The position numbers were made by a program, and so were the translations under genes. A stretch of DNA of 64,000 nt, taken from NCBI GenBank assembly GCA_963737655.1, contig CAVTTN010000002.1, positions 6,080,001 through 6,144,000 of the forward strand, in the 5' to 3' direction. Positions within the stretch are counted from its first letter, which is position 1; every line of letters starts with the position of its first letter. Source of the DNA: an uncultured Planctomycetota bacterium (GTDB lineage Bacteria > Planctomycetota > Planctomycetia > Isosphaerales > Isosphaeraceae). The notes below the pieces were generated by a model, which was given only the letters and a program-made list of their open reading frames with translations, was not told the DNA's origin and did no database searches. This document shows, piece by piece, positions 47,916 through 58,775 of this stretch.

Positions 47916-48622
47916 TCGTCCTGGACCGCGTGACGAAGGTCCATCGCGAGGGGGGCCGCCGGGTGGTCTCCCTCCGCGAGGTCAGCCTGAGGATCGAGCC
48001 GGGGGAGTACGTCGCGATCATGGGGCCCAGCGGCTCCGGGAAATCGACGCTCCTCCGCCTCCTCGGCGGCCTGGACGCCCCGAGCTCCGGGGCCGTGCGG
48101 TTCCTCCGCCGCGACCTGGCCCGGCTGAGCGAGCGGGAGCGCTCGCTCGACCGGCGGCGGCGGATCGGCTTCGTCTTCCAGGAGTTCAACCTCGTCCCCT
48201 CGCTCTCGGCGGCCGAGAACGTGGCCCTGCCGATGCTCCTGGACGGCCGTCCTCGCCGAGAGGCGATGGCCCTCGCCCGCCGGTGGCTCGAACGGCTCGG
48301 CCTGGACTCCCGGGCCGACGCCCGACCCGAGGCGCTCTCCGGAGGCGAGAGGCAGAGGGTTGCCATCGCCCGGGCCGTGGCCATCGGGCCGTGCCTGGTC
48401 CTCTGCGACGAGCCGACCGGGAGCCTGGATTCGGCCTCGGGCCGGGAGGTCCGCACGCTCCTGAGGTCCCTGCCGAGGCCCGGAGAGACGTCGGTGGTGA
48501 TGGTCACCCACGACCCGGAGGCCGCCGCCGACGCCGATCGGATCGTCCGCATCCGGGATGGGAGGATCGAGGAGGCCCCGGACCCGAAGGAGTCCCATGC
48601 TCGCTCTCTTTCGCGTCCTTAG
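47912..48622 (+). CDS. ABC transporter ATP-binding protein (LolD/MacB-like)
   Basis: GPSGSGKST, IGFVFQEFNL, LSGGERQRVAIARA, LCDEPTGSLD, MVTHD. Confidence 0.95.
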   Translation: MIVLDRVTKVHREGGRRVVSLREVSLRIEPGEYVAIMGPSGSGKSTLLRLLGGLDAPSSGAVRFLRRDLARLSERERSLDRRRRIGFVFQEFNLVPSLSAAENVALPMLLDGRPRREAMALARRWLERLGLDSRADARPEALSGGERQRVAIARAVAIGPCLVLCDEPTGSLDSASGREVRTLLRSLPRPGETSVVMVTHDPEAAADADRIVRIRDGRIEEAPDPKESHARSLSRP

Positions 48623-51164
48623 CGTCCGGGAGGCCCTGGACCATCCGGTTCGCTCGGCCCTGGTGGCGGCGAGCCTCGCGCTGGGCGTCGTCGCGTGGAC
48701 GACCACGTGGCTGCTGAACGAGGCGCTCGACGCCGCCCTCCTCGCCTCGTCCCCCGCGACCGAGGCCGACCTGTACCTCGGCCACGGGGATTCGGGACTT
48801 CGTCGCGAGCTGCTCGACCGCGTGGTGAGGGTCCGGGGCGTCCGCTCGGCCCGTCCGGTGGTGATCGAGCGGATCTTGATCCGAGGGAGGTCGGACGTCC
48901 CCGCCGTCCTCGTGGGGATCGACGTGGCGATCTCCGACGCCGGCGCGAGGGCCGCCGGGGTCAAGATCAGTCCCGGGGCGTCGGCCGCGTTCCTTCGGGG
49001 CCTGGTCCTCCGAAGGCATCCGGTCCTGATCGGCCGGTCCCTCCGCGAGGCCGTGGGCCCGGGCGGCGGGAGGCTGGTCGCGAGGATCGGCGGCGAGCGC
49101 CGGGAGCTCGATTGCGTGGGCACGATCGACGGCGACGGCGCCGCCGGTGCCCTGGGAAGCTCGGTCGTCCTGACCGACGCGCGAGTCGCCGCCCAGCTCG
49201 CCGGCCACCCGGACCGGGTCACCCGGTTCGACATTGAGGTGGACGACCCGGCCGAGCTGGGCGGCGTCCGCGACCGGCTCCGCGCGGTCGTCGGCGATCT
49301 CGGCGAGGTCATCACGCCCGAGGGCCAGGGCCGGCGGACCCGCGAGGCCCTCGGCGCGCTCCGAGTCGGGTTCGGCCTGTGCGGGGCGGGGGCGCTGGGC
49401 CTCTCGCTGTTCCTCGTCGCGAACGTCCTCGGCGTGACCGTGGCGGGCCTTCGGAGGACGATCGGCCTCGTCCGCTCGATCGGGGCGACCCCGGGGCAGG
49501 TCCGCCTGGGAATCCTCGGTCAAGCCCTGCTCCTGGGCCTGATCGGCTCGGCGGCCGGGGTGCCGATGGGTTGCGGGGTCGCCCGCCTGGCCGTGGGGCC
49601 GCTCCTCCGCGCCGTCGGCGACCTGTTCGTGCCCCTGCCGCCCGGTCGCGTGGAGCTCACGGCCGGGGTCGCCCTGGTGGGCGTGGCGGCCGGGCTCGTC
49701 ACGGCGATCCTCGCGGCGTGGATGCCGGCCTCCCGGGCCGCGTCGGTCTCGCCGAGGGAGGCCCTGAATGCCGTGGGACCGGACGCCGATCGCCCCGGAC
49801 GGGCCCGCCTGCCGATCGCGATCGCGCTGGGCCTGGCGGCGGCCGTCGCCTTCTTCGCGGGTCGAGGGGCGCCGTCGCCCCTGGCGGCGTACTCGGCGCT
49901 GGTGCTCGGAATCGGGGCGACGTTGCTCGTCGTCCCGATCGCGACGACGACCGTCGCCCGGGCCCTCCGCCCGATCGCCGGCCTTCTCGGCGGCATCCCG
50001 GGGCGCCTGGCGATCGATGGCCTGATCCGGTCGCCGTCCCGGGCCGGGGCGGCGGTCGCGGGGCTGGCCGGCGGAGTGGCGTTGATGATCCAGACCGGCG
50101 GGGTGATCCAGGGGAACGAGGGGGCGGTCCGCCGATGGGTCGATCGCTGCATCACGGGCGACCTGTTCGTCACCTCGGGAGGCCCGATGAGCGCCAGCGG
50201 CCGGATGGTCCCGATGGCCGAGTCCCTCGGCCCGCGGATCGAGGCGGCGCTGCCGGGTTCGCGGGCCGTCCCGATGCGGTTCCGCCACCTGGACTGGTCG
50301 TGGAAGGGGCGGAAGACCCAGGTCCTCCTGCTCGCGCTGGACGCCCGGTCCTACGTCGCGATGGCCGCCGACCGCCGGCCTCCCTTGCTCGACCTGGACC
50401 TCTATCGCCGCCTCGAAGGGCCGGGGACGGCGCTGGTCTCGGAGAACTTCGCCGCGCTGAACGGGATCGCCGTCGGCCAGACGATCGAGCTGCCGGGGGC
50501 CTCGGGGCCGGTCGCCTTGAAGGTCGTCGGCACGGTGGTCGATTTCTCGAACAGCCGGGGGACGATCCTGGTGGATCGGTGCCGCTATCGGGACGTTTTC
50601 GATGCGTCATCGGTGGACCTGTTCGCGGTCGCCCTGGGCGGCCTCGATCCGGGGACGTCTCAAGAAACCCTGTTGCGGTCGCCGTGGGCGGCGGATGCGG
50701 CGATCCAGGCCATGCCGCGCCGGGCGCTCCGCGAGCACATCCTCGGGATGATCCGCCGGCTTCATGGCGTGGCGTATGTCCAGGAAGTCGTGGCGGCGGC
50801 GGTGGCGTCGCTGGGGGTGGCGGCCTCGATGCTGATCTGCGTCCTTCAGAGGAGGCGAGAGCTCGGGCTGCTCCGGGCCGTGGGCGCGACGCCCTCGCAG
50901 GTCTTCGGGACGGTGATCCTCGAGGCCGGGTTCCTCGCGTTGATCGGCGTCGGCTTTGGTGCGATGATCGGGCTGGGCCTGGAATGGTACGTCTTGCGGG
51001 TGCTCTTGCTGACCGAAACCGGCTTCGCCTTCCCGGTGAGCGTGCCGTGGGCCGACGTCGGGCTCGTGGCGATGGGCGCGGGCCTGGGTTCTCTCCTGGC
51101 CGGGCTCGGGCCGGCGATCTCGGCCTCCCGGATGCCGCTGAGCCGGGCCCTGGGTCGCGGATGA
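48597..51164 (+). CDS. ABC transporter permease with duplicated MacB/FtsX domains
   Basis: Two FtsX-type units (RRTIGLVRSIGATPGQV and RRRELGLLRAVGATPSQV) with large periplasmic loops. Confidence 0.92.
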   Translation: MLALFRVLSVREALDHPVRSALVAASLALGVVAWTTTWLLNEALDAALLASSPATEADLYLGHGDSGLRRELLDRVVRVRGVRSARPVVIERILIRGRSDVPAVLVGIDVAISDAGARAAGVKISPGASAAFLRGLVLRRHPVLIGRSLREAVGPGGGRLVARIGGERRELDCVGTIDGDGAAGALGSSVVLTDARVAAQLAGHPDRVTRFDIEVDDPAELGGVRDRLRAVVGDLGEVITPEGQGRRTREALGALRVGFGLCGAGALGLSLFLVANVLGVTVAGLRRTIGLVRSIGATPGQVRLGILGQALLLGLIGSAAGVPMGCGVARLAVGPLLRAVGDLFVPLPPGRVELTAGVALVGVAAGLVTAILAAWMPASRAASVSPREALNAVGPDADRPGRARLPIAIALGLAAAVAFFAGRGAPSPLAAYSALVLGIGATLLVVPIATTTVARALRPIAGLLGGIPGRLAIDGLIRSPSRAGAAVAGLAGGVALMIQTGGVIQGNEGAVRRWVDRCITGDLFVTSGGPMSASGRMVPMAESLGPRIEAALPGSRAVPMRFRHLDWSWKGRKTQVLLLALDARSYVAMAADRRPPLLDLDLYRRLEGPGTALVSENFAALNGIAVGQTIELPGASGPVALKVVGTVVDFSNSRGTILVDRCRYRDVFDASSVDLFAVALGGLDPGTSQETLLRSPWAADAAIQAMPRRALREHILGMIRRLHGVAYVQEVVAAAVASLGVAASMLICVLQRRRELGLLRAVGATPSQVFGTVILEAGFLALIGVGFGAMIGLGLEWYVLRVLLLTETGFAFPVSVPWADVGLVAMGAGLGSLLAGLGPAISASRMPLSRALGRG

Positions 51165-51997
51165 TCGGGGCTTTCCACTCACTCGATGAGGAGCCGGGAC
51201 ATGGATGTCCATCGACGATTCTGGGCGCGTTCGGCGCCCTCAATCAGGCACTTTTCGCGGTCACGGTGGTCCGATTGTTCGTGTTCTTGAAGGGAGGCGA
51301 GGGCTTCCATGCCTGGATCGCCCCGGGGCTCCGCTGGGCGTGGTTGGATAGTCTCCTGGCGGTCCAATTCGCCGTGCTCCACAGCGCGATGCTCTGGCCT
51401 TCGATCCGATCCCGGTTGAATCAAATGATGCCGACGGCCCTGGGCGGCAGCTTCTTCAGCGCGTTCACGTGCTTGAGCCTTTTCCTGACGATGGAACTCT
51501 GGCACGCCAGCCCCTCCGCGCTCTGGCGACTCGATGGCGGAGGGCGTTGGGTCGTCTCGGGCCTGTTCTTCGCGAGCTGGGCGGCGCTGGTCTATAGCCT
51601 CTGGCTGACGGGCTTCGGCTACCAGACCGGCTTCACGACGTGGTGGGCCTGGCTCCGCCGCGAGGAGACGCCCCGGAGGGCCTTCGCGCCGAAGGGGGCC
51701 TACCGCTTCGTGCGCCATCCCGTCTACCTGAGCTTCCTCGGCCTCGTCTGGTTCAATCCCGAGATGACGACCGATCGCCTGGTGCTCGCGCTCCTCTGGA
51801 CGGCCCACATCGCCGTGGGCAGCCACCTGAAGGACCGGAGGATGGAGCGGTTCGTCGGCGATCCGTATCGCGAGTACGAGGCCCGAGTCCCCGGCTTCCC
51901 GATGATGGTCGGCCCCCTGGGGAAGAAGGTCCGGCGCGACGGTTCGCACGGGGCTTCAACGCCCCCTCTCGTCCGGTCGGAGGCGACGGCCCGGTGA
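51161..51997 (+). CDS. ICMT/NnrU/MddA(nurim)-like membrane protein
   Basis: QFAVLHS, GAYRFVRHPVYLSFL, WFNPEMTTDRL, GDPYREYEARVPG. Confidence 0.75.
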   Translation: MIGAFHSLDEEPGHGCPSTILGAFGALNQALFAVTVVRLFVFLKGGEGFHAWIAPGLRWAWLDSLLAVQFAVLHSAMLWPSIRSRLNQMMPTALGGSFFSAFTCLSLFLTMELWHASPSALWRLDGGGRWVVSGLFFASWAALVYSLWLTGFGYQTGFTTWWAWLRREETPRRAFAPKGAYRFVRHPVYLSFLGLVWFNPEMTTDRLVLALLWTAHIAVGSHLKDRRMERFVGDPYREYEARVPGFPMMVGPLGKKVRRDGSHGASTPPLVRSEATAR

Positions 51998-52096
51998 TCG
52001 GGCTTCCCGAGCCTCCGGGTTGCATGGGCCATCGGGATCGACGATGATCCCCGGACGAGGCCGCTCCGCTTTGAGACCCTCCCCGAGGCCGCCGCC

Positions 52097-53563
52097 ATGA
52101 AGATCCTCTCGCTCGTCGCCCTGATCGCGATCGGAGGCGCCCCGTGCCTCGCCGCCGGGCTGCCCCGGAGCAGCCCCGAGGCCCAGGGCGTCTCCTCGTC
52201 GGCCCTCCTGGCGTTCGTCGAGGCCGCCGACAAGTCCATCGACTCGATGAACAGCGTGATGATCGTCCGCCACGGCCACGTCGTCGCCGAGGGGTGGTGG
52301 GCGCCGTACTCCGCGGAGGCCCCTCACTCGCTCTACTCGCTGAGCAAGAGCTTCACCTCCACGGCCGTGGGGATGGCCATCGCCGAGGGGAAGCTGAGCG
52401 TGGATGACGAGGTCCTCAAGTTCTTCCCCGACGACGCCCCGGCCGAGCCGAGCAAGAACCTCAGGTCGATGCGCGTGAGCGACCTCCTGAGGATGTCCAC
52501 CGGGCAGGTCGAGGAGCCGAAGCGGACCTCGGAGGAGCCCTGGACGAAGACCTTCCTCGCCCAGCCCGTCCCGTTCAAGCCGGGGACGCACTTCCTCTAC
52601 AACACGTCGGGCACGTACATGCTCTCGGCGATCGTCCAGAAGGCGACCGGCCAGACGGTGCTGGATTACCTGAAGCCCCGCCTCTTCGAGCCTCTCGGGA
52701 TCGAGAACCCGACGTGGGAGACCAGCCCCCAGGGGATCTCGACCGGCGGCTACGGCCTGAGCGTCCGCACCGAGGACATCGCGAAGTTCGGCCAGCTCTA
52801 TCTCCAGAAGGGGCGATGGGGCGGCAGGGAGCTCGTCCCGGCGTCGTGGGTCGAGGCCGCCACCGCCCGCCAGACGTCCAACGGCAGCAACCCGAAGAGC
52901 GACTGGGACCAGGGCTACGGCTATCAGTTCTGGAGGGCCCGGCACAACGCCTATCGAGGCGACGGGGCGTTCGGCCAGTACTGCGTCGTGATCCCCGATC
53001 AGGACGCCGTGATCGCCATCACCAGCGGAGTTCGGGACATGCAGGCCGTCCTGGACCTCGTCTGGGACAAGCTGTTGCCCGCGTTCAAGACGGAGTCGCT
53101 CTCGGCCGACGACGCGGCCCGCAAGGCCCTGGAAACGACCCTGGCCGGGCTCTCGCTGAAGCCCCAGGCCGGCTCCGCCGCGCCGGCGAAGGTCTCGGGG
53201 AAGAAGTACGTCTTCCCGGCCAATGACCGCAAGCTCGAATCGATCGCCGTGGAGGCCGACGGCGAGGGGAACGCGGCGACCCTGGTCCTCCGCATGAACG
53301 GCACGGACCGGAAGATTGCCTGCGGGGCCGGCTCGTGGAAGAAAGGCCGGCTGGCGTTCGGGCCCCTGCCCGAGGGGCCCATGGCGGCCTCGGGCGCGTG
53401 GACCGGCGAGGACACGTACAAGGCGAAGCTCGTGTTCACCGAGACCCCGTTCCAGGCGACCTTGACCCTGAAATTCACCGACGGCGAGGTCCGGTTCGAT
53501 TCCCAGTCGAACGTCGGTTTCGGGGCCACCCGTCAGCCGTCGCTCGTCGGCAAGGCGGAGTGA
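52097..53563 (+). CDS. Exported serine hydrolase (class C beta-lactamase-like family)
   Basis: SxxK in YSLSKSF, LLRMSTG, PGTHFLYN, DIAKFGQLYL, GYGYQFW, GAFGQ. Confidence 0.92.
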   Translation: MKILSLVALIAIGGAPCLAAGLPRSSPEAQGVSSSALLAFVEAADKSIDSMNSVMIVRHGHVVAEGWWAPYSAEAPHSLYSLSKSFTSTAVGMAIAEGKLSVDDEVLKFFPDDAPAEPSKNLRSMRVSDLLRMSTGQVEEPKRTSEEPWTKTFLAQPVPFKPGTHFLYNTSGTYMLSAIVQKATGQTVLDYLKPRLFEPLGIENPTWETSPQGISTGGYGLSVRTEDIAKFGQLYLQKGRWGGRELVPASWVEAATARQTSNGSNPKSDWDQGYGYQFWRARHNAYRGDGAFGQYCVVIPDQDAVIAITSGVRDMQAVLDLVWDKLLPAFKTESLSADDAARKALETTLAGLSLKPQAGSAAPAKVSGKKYVFPANDRKLESIAVEADGEGNAATLVLRMNGTDRKIACGAGSWKKGRLAFGPLPEGPMAASGAWTGEDTYKAKLVFTETPFQATLTLKFTDGEVRFDSQSNVGFGATRQPSLVGKAE

Positions 53564-53570
53564 TCTCGCC

Positions 53571-54020
53571 ATGACCCCCGGACGCCGAGACCTTCGCTTC
53601 GCCTCGCTCGACGAGGTCATCGCCGACGTCGAGAGGCTCATTCAGGGGCATCAGACGGTCGGGCAATGGTCGCTGGCGACGATCTGCGCGCACCTGGCCG
53701 GGTCGATGAGGATGGCGGCGGACCTGCCGGCCTCGACCCGGCCCGACCCGTCGCTCCGCCTCCCCGAGCCGGACGTGGCACGGGTCTTCAAGGACGAGAG
53801 GCTGCCCGAGGGCCTGGACCTCCCGGCCGGGGCGACCGTTCCGACGGGCCTCTCGGAGGCCGAGGCCGCCGATCGCCTCCGGGCGGCGATCGCGTACTAT
53901 GCCGCCTCGCCGGGCCCCCAGGCGGTCCATCGTTATCTCGGCCCCCTGAGCCGGGCGCAGTGGGACCACCTCCAGCGGATCCATTGCGCCCATCATCTGA
54001 GCTTCGCGGTCCCCCGCTGA
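53571..54020 (+). CDS. DUF1569 (DinB-like) protein
   Basis: RRDLRFASLDEV, GQWSLATICAHL, HRYLGPLSRAQWDHLQRIHCAHHLSF. Confidence 0.85.
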   Translation: MTPGRRDLRFASLDEVIADVERLIQGHQTVGQWSLATICAHLAGSMRMAADLPASTRPDPSLRLPEPDVARVFKDERLPEGLDLPAGATVPTGLSEAEAADRLRAAIAYYAASPGPQAVHRYLGPLSRAQWDHLQRIHCAHHLSFAVPR

Positions 54021-54209
54021 ACACGGCGGGTTTCGATCGCCGAAGGGGGGCCCCTCACGGTTTTTCGGGCCCCTGCCCTGGACTTCGGGGCCCGAGAGAC
54101 CTCCAATGGAGAGAAGAAGGCCGACGTTTCGATCCCGAGGGGCCGTCGGCGAGGACCGAACGCGGCACGCCCGGCCGGCCGGATCGCCGGGCTTCGAGGG
54201 GGACGACCG

Positions 54210-55472
54210 ATGGCCAGGATGGAAACGCCCGGCGAGACGCGACTCTCCCGACGGGCCCTGCTCCGAGGCGCGGGCGTGGCGATCGCCTTGCCCCTTCTCG
54301 AAGGGATGCTCCCGGCCGCTCGGGCGGGCGGGGCCTCGGCCGACGTCCCCCGGCGGATGGTGGCCATCGAGACGAACATGGGGATTCTCCCCCAGTACTT
54401 CTTCCCGGAGAACCCGGGTCGGGGCTATTCGCCGTCGCCGTATCTGGGGCGGCTCCGCGGGCTGGCCGACCAGATGACGGTGTTCTCCGGGGTCAGCCAC
54501 CCGGGCGTCACCGGGTTCCACGCCGCCGAGAAGTGCTTCCTGACCGGGACGCCCCACCCCGAGCGCGGCGGGTTCCGCAACGGGATCTCGCTCGACCAGT
54601 TCGCCGCCGAGAGGATCGGCGACCAGACGCGCTACCCCTCCCTGACCCTGGCGATGAGCAGCGAGGCCCCCACCCTGAGCTTCACCCGGAGCGGGGCGCC
54701 GATCCCGGCCCAACGCAGCCCCAACAAGCTCTTCCGCCGCCTGTTCCTCCAGGGCGATCCGGCCGAGGTGAAGGCCAACATCCAGGCCCTCCGCCAGGAG
54801 AAGAGCACCCTGGACTTCGTCGCCGCGCAGTCCCGGAGGCTCCAGAAGACGCTCTCCCGGGCCGATCAGCAGAGGCTCGACGAGTATTTCACCTCGGTCC
54901 GCGAGCTGGAGCGGCGGCTCGGAAGCGCCGAGGTCTGGGAGACGAAGCCCAAGCCCCGGGTCTCCGCCCCGCCTCCCCAGGACATCGACGACCCCCGCGA
55001 GTTCGTCCGCAAGACCCAGCTCATGTTCGACGTCATCAAGCTGGCGATCGAGACCGATTCGTCGCGGGTGATCTCGCTGTTCATCGACACGTCGATCATT
55101 CACAACATCACCCACCACGGCAACCGGCCGGACGTCATCGCCGAGCTCAAGGCCAAGGAGGAGGCGCAGTTCGACGTCCTCCAGAAATTCCTCCAATCCC
55201 TGGCCTCGACCCGAGAGCAGGGGCAAACCCTCCTGGATCGGACGATGGTGCTGTACGGGACGTGCATGGGCAGCGCCAACTCGCACGCCAACGACAACCT
55301 GCCGGTGCTCCTGGCCGGCGGGGGGTTCCGCCACGGCCAGCACCTGGCCTTCGACACCAAGAACAACTACCCGCTGACGAATCTCTTCGTCTCGATGCTC
55401 CAGAGGCTGGGGATCGAGGCCGACGAATTCTCGACCGGCCGCGGCACCTTCCGCGGCCTGGAGATGGCCTGA
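54210..55472 (+). CDS. DUF1552 domain protein (Tat-exported)
   Basis: SRRALLRGAGVAIALPLLEGM, ISLDQFAA, RLDEYFTSVRELE, NLPVLLAGGGFRHG. Confidence 0.92.
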   Translation: MARMETPGETRLSRRALLRGAGVAIALPLLEGMLPAARAGGASADVPRRMVAIETNMGILPQYFFPENPGRGYSPSPYLGRLRGLADQMTVFSGVSHPGVTGFHAAEKCFLTGTPHPERGGFRNGISLDQFAAERIGDQTRYPSLTLAMSSEAPTLSFTRSGAPIPAQRSPNKLFRRLFLQGDPAEVKANIQALRQEKSTLDFVAAQSRRLQKTLSRADQQRLDEYFTSVRELERRLGSAEVWETKPKPRVSAPPPQDIDDPREFVRKTQLMFDVIKLAIETDSSRVISLFIDTSIIHNITHHGNRPDVIAELKAKEEAQFDVLQKFLQSLASTREQGQTLLDRTMVLYGTCMGSANSHANDNLPVLLAGGGFRHGQHLAFDTKNNYPLTNLFVSMLQRLGIEADEFSTGRGTFRGLEMA

Positions 55473-55532
55473 ACCCCCCTCCCGGCCCTTCCCCTCCGCC
55501 GGTCCTTCCCGATCGATCCTGGCCCACATCCC

Positions 55533-58152
55533 ATGAGCCGACCGATCCTCGCCGCCCTGGCCCTCGCCGCCCTGGCCCCCGCCGGCTCGTCCCGGGCCGC
55601 GGAGGCGCCGCCCGCCTTCTTCGCGACCTTCTGCGGCAAGTGCCACGCCCCGCCCGATCCCAAGGGCGGGCTGGACCTGGCGGGCCTCCTGGAGGCGCCT
55701 CCGGCCGACCCCGAGGCCCTGGCCCGCTGGGTCAAGGTCCACGACCGGATCGAGTCGGGAGAGATGCCGCCGAAGAAGTCCGCCCGGCCCTCGCCCGCCC
55801 AGGCCGCCGAGGCCCGGCGATGGCTCCGGGGCAAGATCGTCGAGGCCGAGCGCGTGAATTCGGCCGGCGAGGGCCGGACCCGCCTCCGCCGGCTGACCCG
55901 GGTGGAGTACGAGAACACCGTCCGCGACCTGCTGGACCTCCCCGGCCTGAAGTTCCAGGAACTGCTCCCGGCCGACGGCTCGGCCCACGGCTTCGACACC
56001 AACAGCGACGCCCTGGACATCTCGCACGTGAACCTGGCCAGCTACGTCGAGGCCGCCGACCTCGCCCTGGGCGCGGCCATCGTCACCCGGCCCGACGCCC
56101 CCCCGGTGACCCGCCAGCGGATCTCCCTGGCCAATCCCCACGGGTTCGTGGCCCTCGTCCTGCTCTACGGCGACGCCGTCATGCTCAAGGACAAGAAGCC
56201 CGACCCGGCCTTCCCTCCGGCCGGGGCCCAGCGCCACCTCGACCAGTTCGCCCACGAGTCGCTGGGCATGTTCGATTCCGAGAGCAGCGTCGGCCTGTTC
56301 CGGCCCGAGGACGAGTCCTTCCACCCCTCCTTCATCGAATTCTCGGCCATCGATCCGGGCCGGTATCGGCTCCGGACGTCGCTCTGGAGCTTCCAGTGGG
56401 ACAAGGGCCGGGTCCTGCCGGCCCGGGGCACCGAGGTCGGCCGGCTGTCGATCATCCACCTGACCGGCAACGGCACCGGGGGCGACCACCCGAACACGGT
56501 CCTGGGATACTACGACGCCCCGTCGCTGCAGCCGAAGGTCCACGACGTCGTCACCTGGCTGAACCCGAAGGACACGATCGGCTTCAACGCCGCCTCGCTC
56601 GCCCCCGGGCGCCCACCCGGGGCAAGGACCGCGCCCTGGGGTTCACCGGGCCCGGGATCGCCTGCGACTATCTCGAGGTCGAAGGCCCTCTCCACGACGT
56701 CTGGCCGCCCCGGAGCCATCGCCACCTCTTCGGAGACCTCCGCCCCACCGCGTTCCGGCCCGATCCGCGCTCCCCGACTCGGCCCCCCCACCGCGCCCCG
56801 GCTCGTCAGGAGATCTTCGCGGGGAAGAACCGGCCCAGTCCGGTCTCGGGCGTCTGGACGGTCCAGACCGCGAGGCCGCTGGAGGAGGCCGACCGCCTCC
56901 TCGGCGCGTTCCTCCGCCGGGCGTTCCGCCGGCCCGTCACGGCCGAGACCCGCCGGCAATACGTCGCACTGGTCCGCGAGCGCCTGAAGGACGGGGACTG
57001 TTTCGAGGAGGCCATGAGGCGGGCCTACCAGGCCGCCCTCTGCTCGCCCGATTTCCTCTACCTGATCGAGCCCTCCGGCGGGCTGGACGACCACGCCTTG
57101 GCCTGCCGCCTCTCGTACTTCTTCTGGAGGTCGATGCCCGACGCCGCCCTGATGAAGCGGGCCGACTCGGGGACGCTCCACCAGCCCGAGATCCTCCGCG
57201 CCGAGGTCGATCGCCTCCTGAACGACCCGAAATCCTCGCGATTCACCGAGGACTTCCTCGGCCAGTGGCTCAGGCTCCGCCAGATCGCCGCGACCGACCC
57301 CGACCGCAAGCTCTACCCGGAGTTCAGCCTCTATCTCCAGGATTCGGCCGTGGCCGAGAGCCGTCTCTTCTTCCGTGAGCTGATCGCCAAGGATCTCGGC
57401 GTCAAGCACCTCGTCAAGTCCGACTTCGCGATGCTCAATGAGAGGCTGGCGACGCTCTACGGCATCCCGGGCGTCACGGGCTCGGCGTTCCGCCGGGTGC
57501 CCCTCCCGGCCGGCTCGCCCCGAGGGGCGTTCTTGACCCAGGCGTCGATCCTGAAGCTCACCGCCAACGGGACCACGACCTCGCCGGTGCCGAGGGGGGC
57601 GTTCGTGATGGATCGCCTGCTCGGCCTGCCCCCCGACCCCCCTCCGCCGAACATCCCGGCCATCGAGCCCGACGTCCGGGCGCCCAGACGATCCGGGAGC
57701 AGCTGGCCCGGCATCGCTCCGACGCCTCGTGCGCCTCGTGCCACGCGAAGATCGACCCGCCGGGCTTCGCCCTGGAGTCGTTCGATGTGATCGGCGGCCA
57801 GAGGGACCGGTATCGGTCGATCGGCCAGGGCGATCCCGCCCCCCGGGCCGGGTTCGAGCCCTGGACCAACCTGATCTTCCGCCTCGGGCCGCCCGTCGAT
57901 CCCTCGGGCGTCCTGCCCGATGGCCGCCCGTTCCGCAATATCCGGGCCTTTCAGGACCTGGTCGCCGCCGACGAGCGCCTCCTCCTGACCAATCTCGCCC
58001 GCCGCCTGACGATCTTCGGCACGGGCCGCGAAATCTCCTTCGCCGACCGCGAGGAGATCGCCGGGATCGTGGACCGGACCCTCCAGGCCAAGGGCGGCGT
58101 GCGGACCTTGATCCATGAAGTCGTCCAGGGCCCCCTGTTCCGCGTCCACTGA
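55533..58152 (+). CDS. DUF1592/DUF1588-type planctomycete cytochrome c domain protein (frameshifts near 56610 and 57680)
   Basis: Signal peptide; CGKCH...GEMPP; LRRLTRVEYENTVRDLL; LCSPDFLY, LACRLSYFFWRSMPD, TSPVPRG; then CASCHAKIDPPGFALESFDVIGG. The pieces are spread over three frames. Confidence 0.85.
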
Positions 58153-58193
58153 CCTCGACCGACCGCCTCTCCTCGCGTTTCGGAGCCCCCGCG

Positions 58194-58775
58194 ATGAACC
58201 GGACATCGGTCCTCCTGGCCGGATGGCTCGCGGCCCTGGCGCTGGGTTCCAGCGGGGCCGCCGATCCTCCGGGGACGTACCGGCACAAGGTCCTCGGCCT
58301 GTTCTCGAAGGACCGCGAGCGCGTCTTCCGCGAGGCCCTCCGCAAGATCCCCGAGATCGAGCTGGTGAGCCTCGACTTCGACGACGCCGAGGCCGTCCTC
58401 CGCTATTCTCCCGCGAATCTGGCCTCGAAGGGGACGCCCGAGGAGATCGTCCGCGTCCTCAACCAGAAGGTCCAATCGATCACCGTGGCCACCCTGGGCA
58501 TCGGCGCCGCCCGGACCGGCCCCCCGGCGAAGTTCGCGAGGTTCGAGATCCCCGTGGCCGGGATCGACTGCGAGGCCTGTTGCTTCGGGGCCTACCGGGC
58601 GATCGCTCAGGTCGAGGGGGTCGAGGCGGCGACGGTCAGCTTTCACGACGGCCGGGCGATCGTGAGGATGGACCCGGCGAAGGCCGATCGCGCGAAGGTC
58701 GAGGCGGCCCTGAAGAAGCTGGGCGTCGAGGTCAAGGCTTCCGATATCGCTTCACCGAGTCCCCCGGCCCGCTGA
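58194..58775 (+). CDS. Exported heavy-metal-associated (HMA) domain protein
   Basis: Signal peptide; C-terminal IPVAGIDCEACC...VEGVEAATVSF HMA pattern, preceded by a Cys-less HMA-like repeat. Confidence 0.82.
   Translation: MNRTSVLLAGWLAALALGSSGAADPPGTYRHKVLGLFSKDRERVFREALRKIPEIELVSLDFDDAEAVLRYSPANLASKGTPEEIVRVLNQKVQSITVATLGIGAARTGPPAKFARFEIPVAGIDCEACCFGAYRAIAQVEGVEAATVSFHDGRAIVRMDPAKADRAKVEAALKKLGVEVKASDIASPSPPAR

Noticed and set aside
52097..53563. Antibiotic resistance beta-lactamase
   Set aside because: The motifs fit the broad serine hydrolase/esterase branch, and nothing indicates true AmpC activity.
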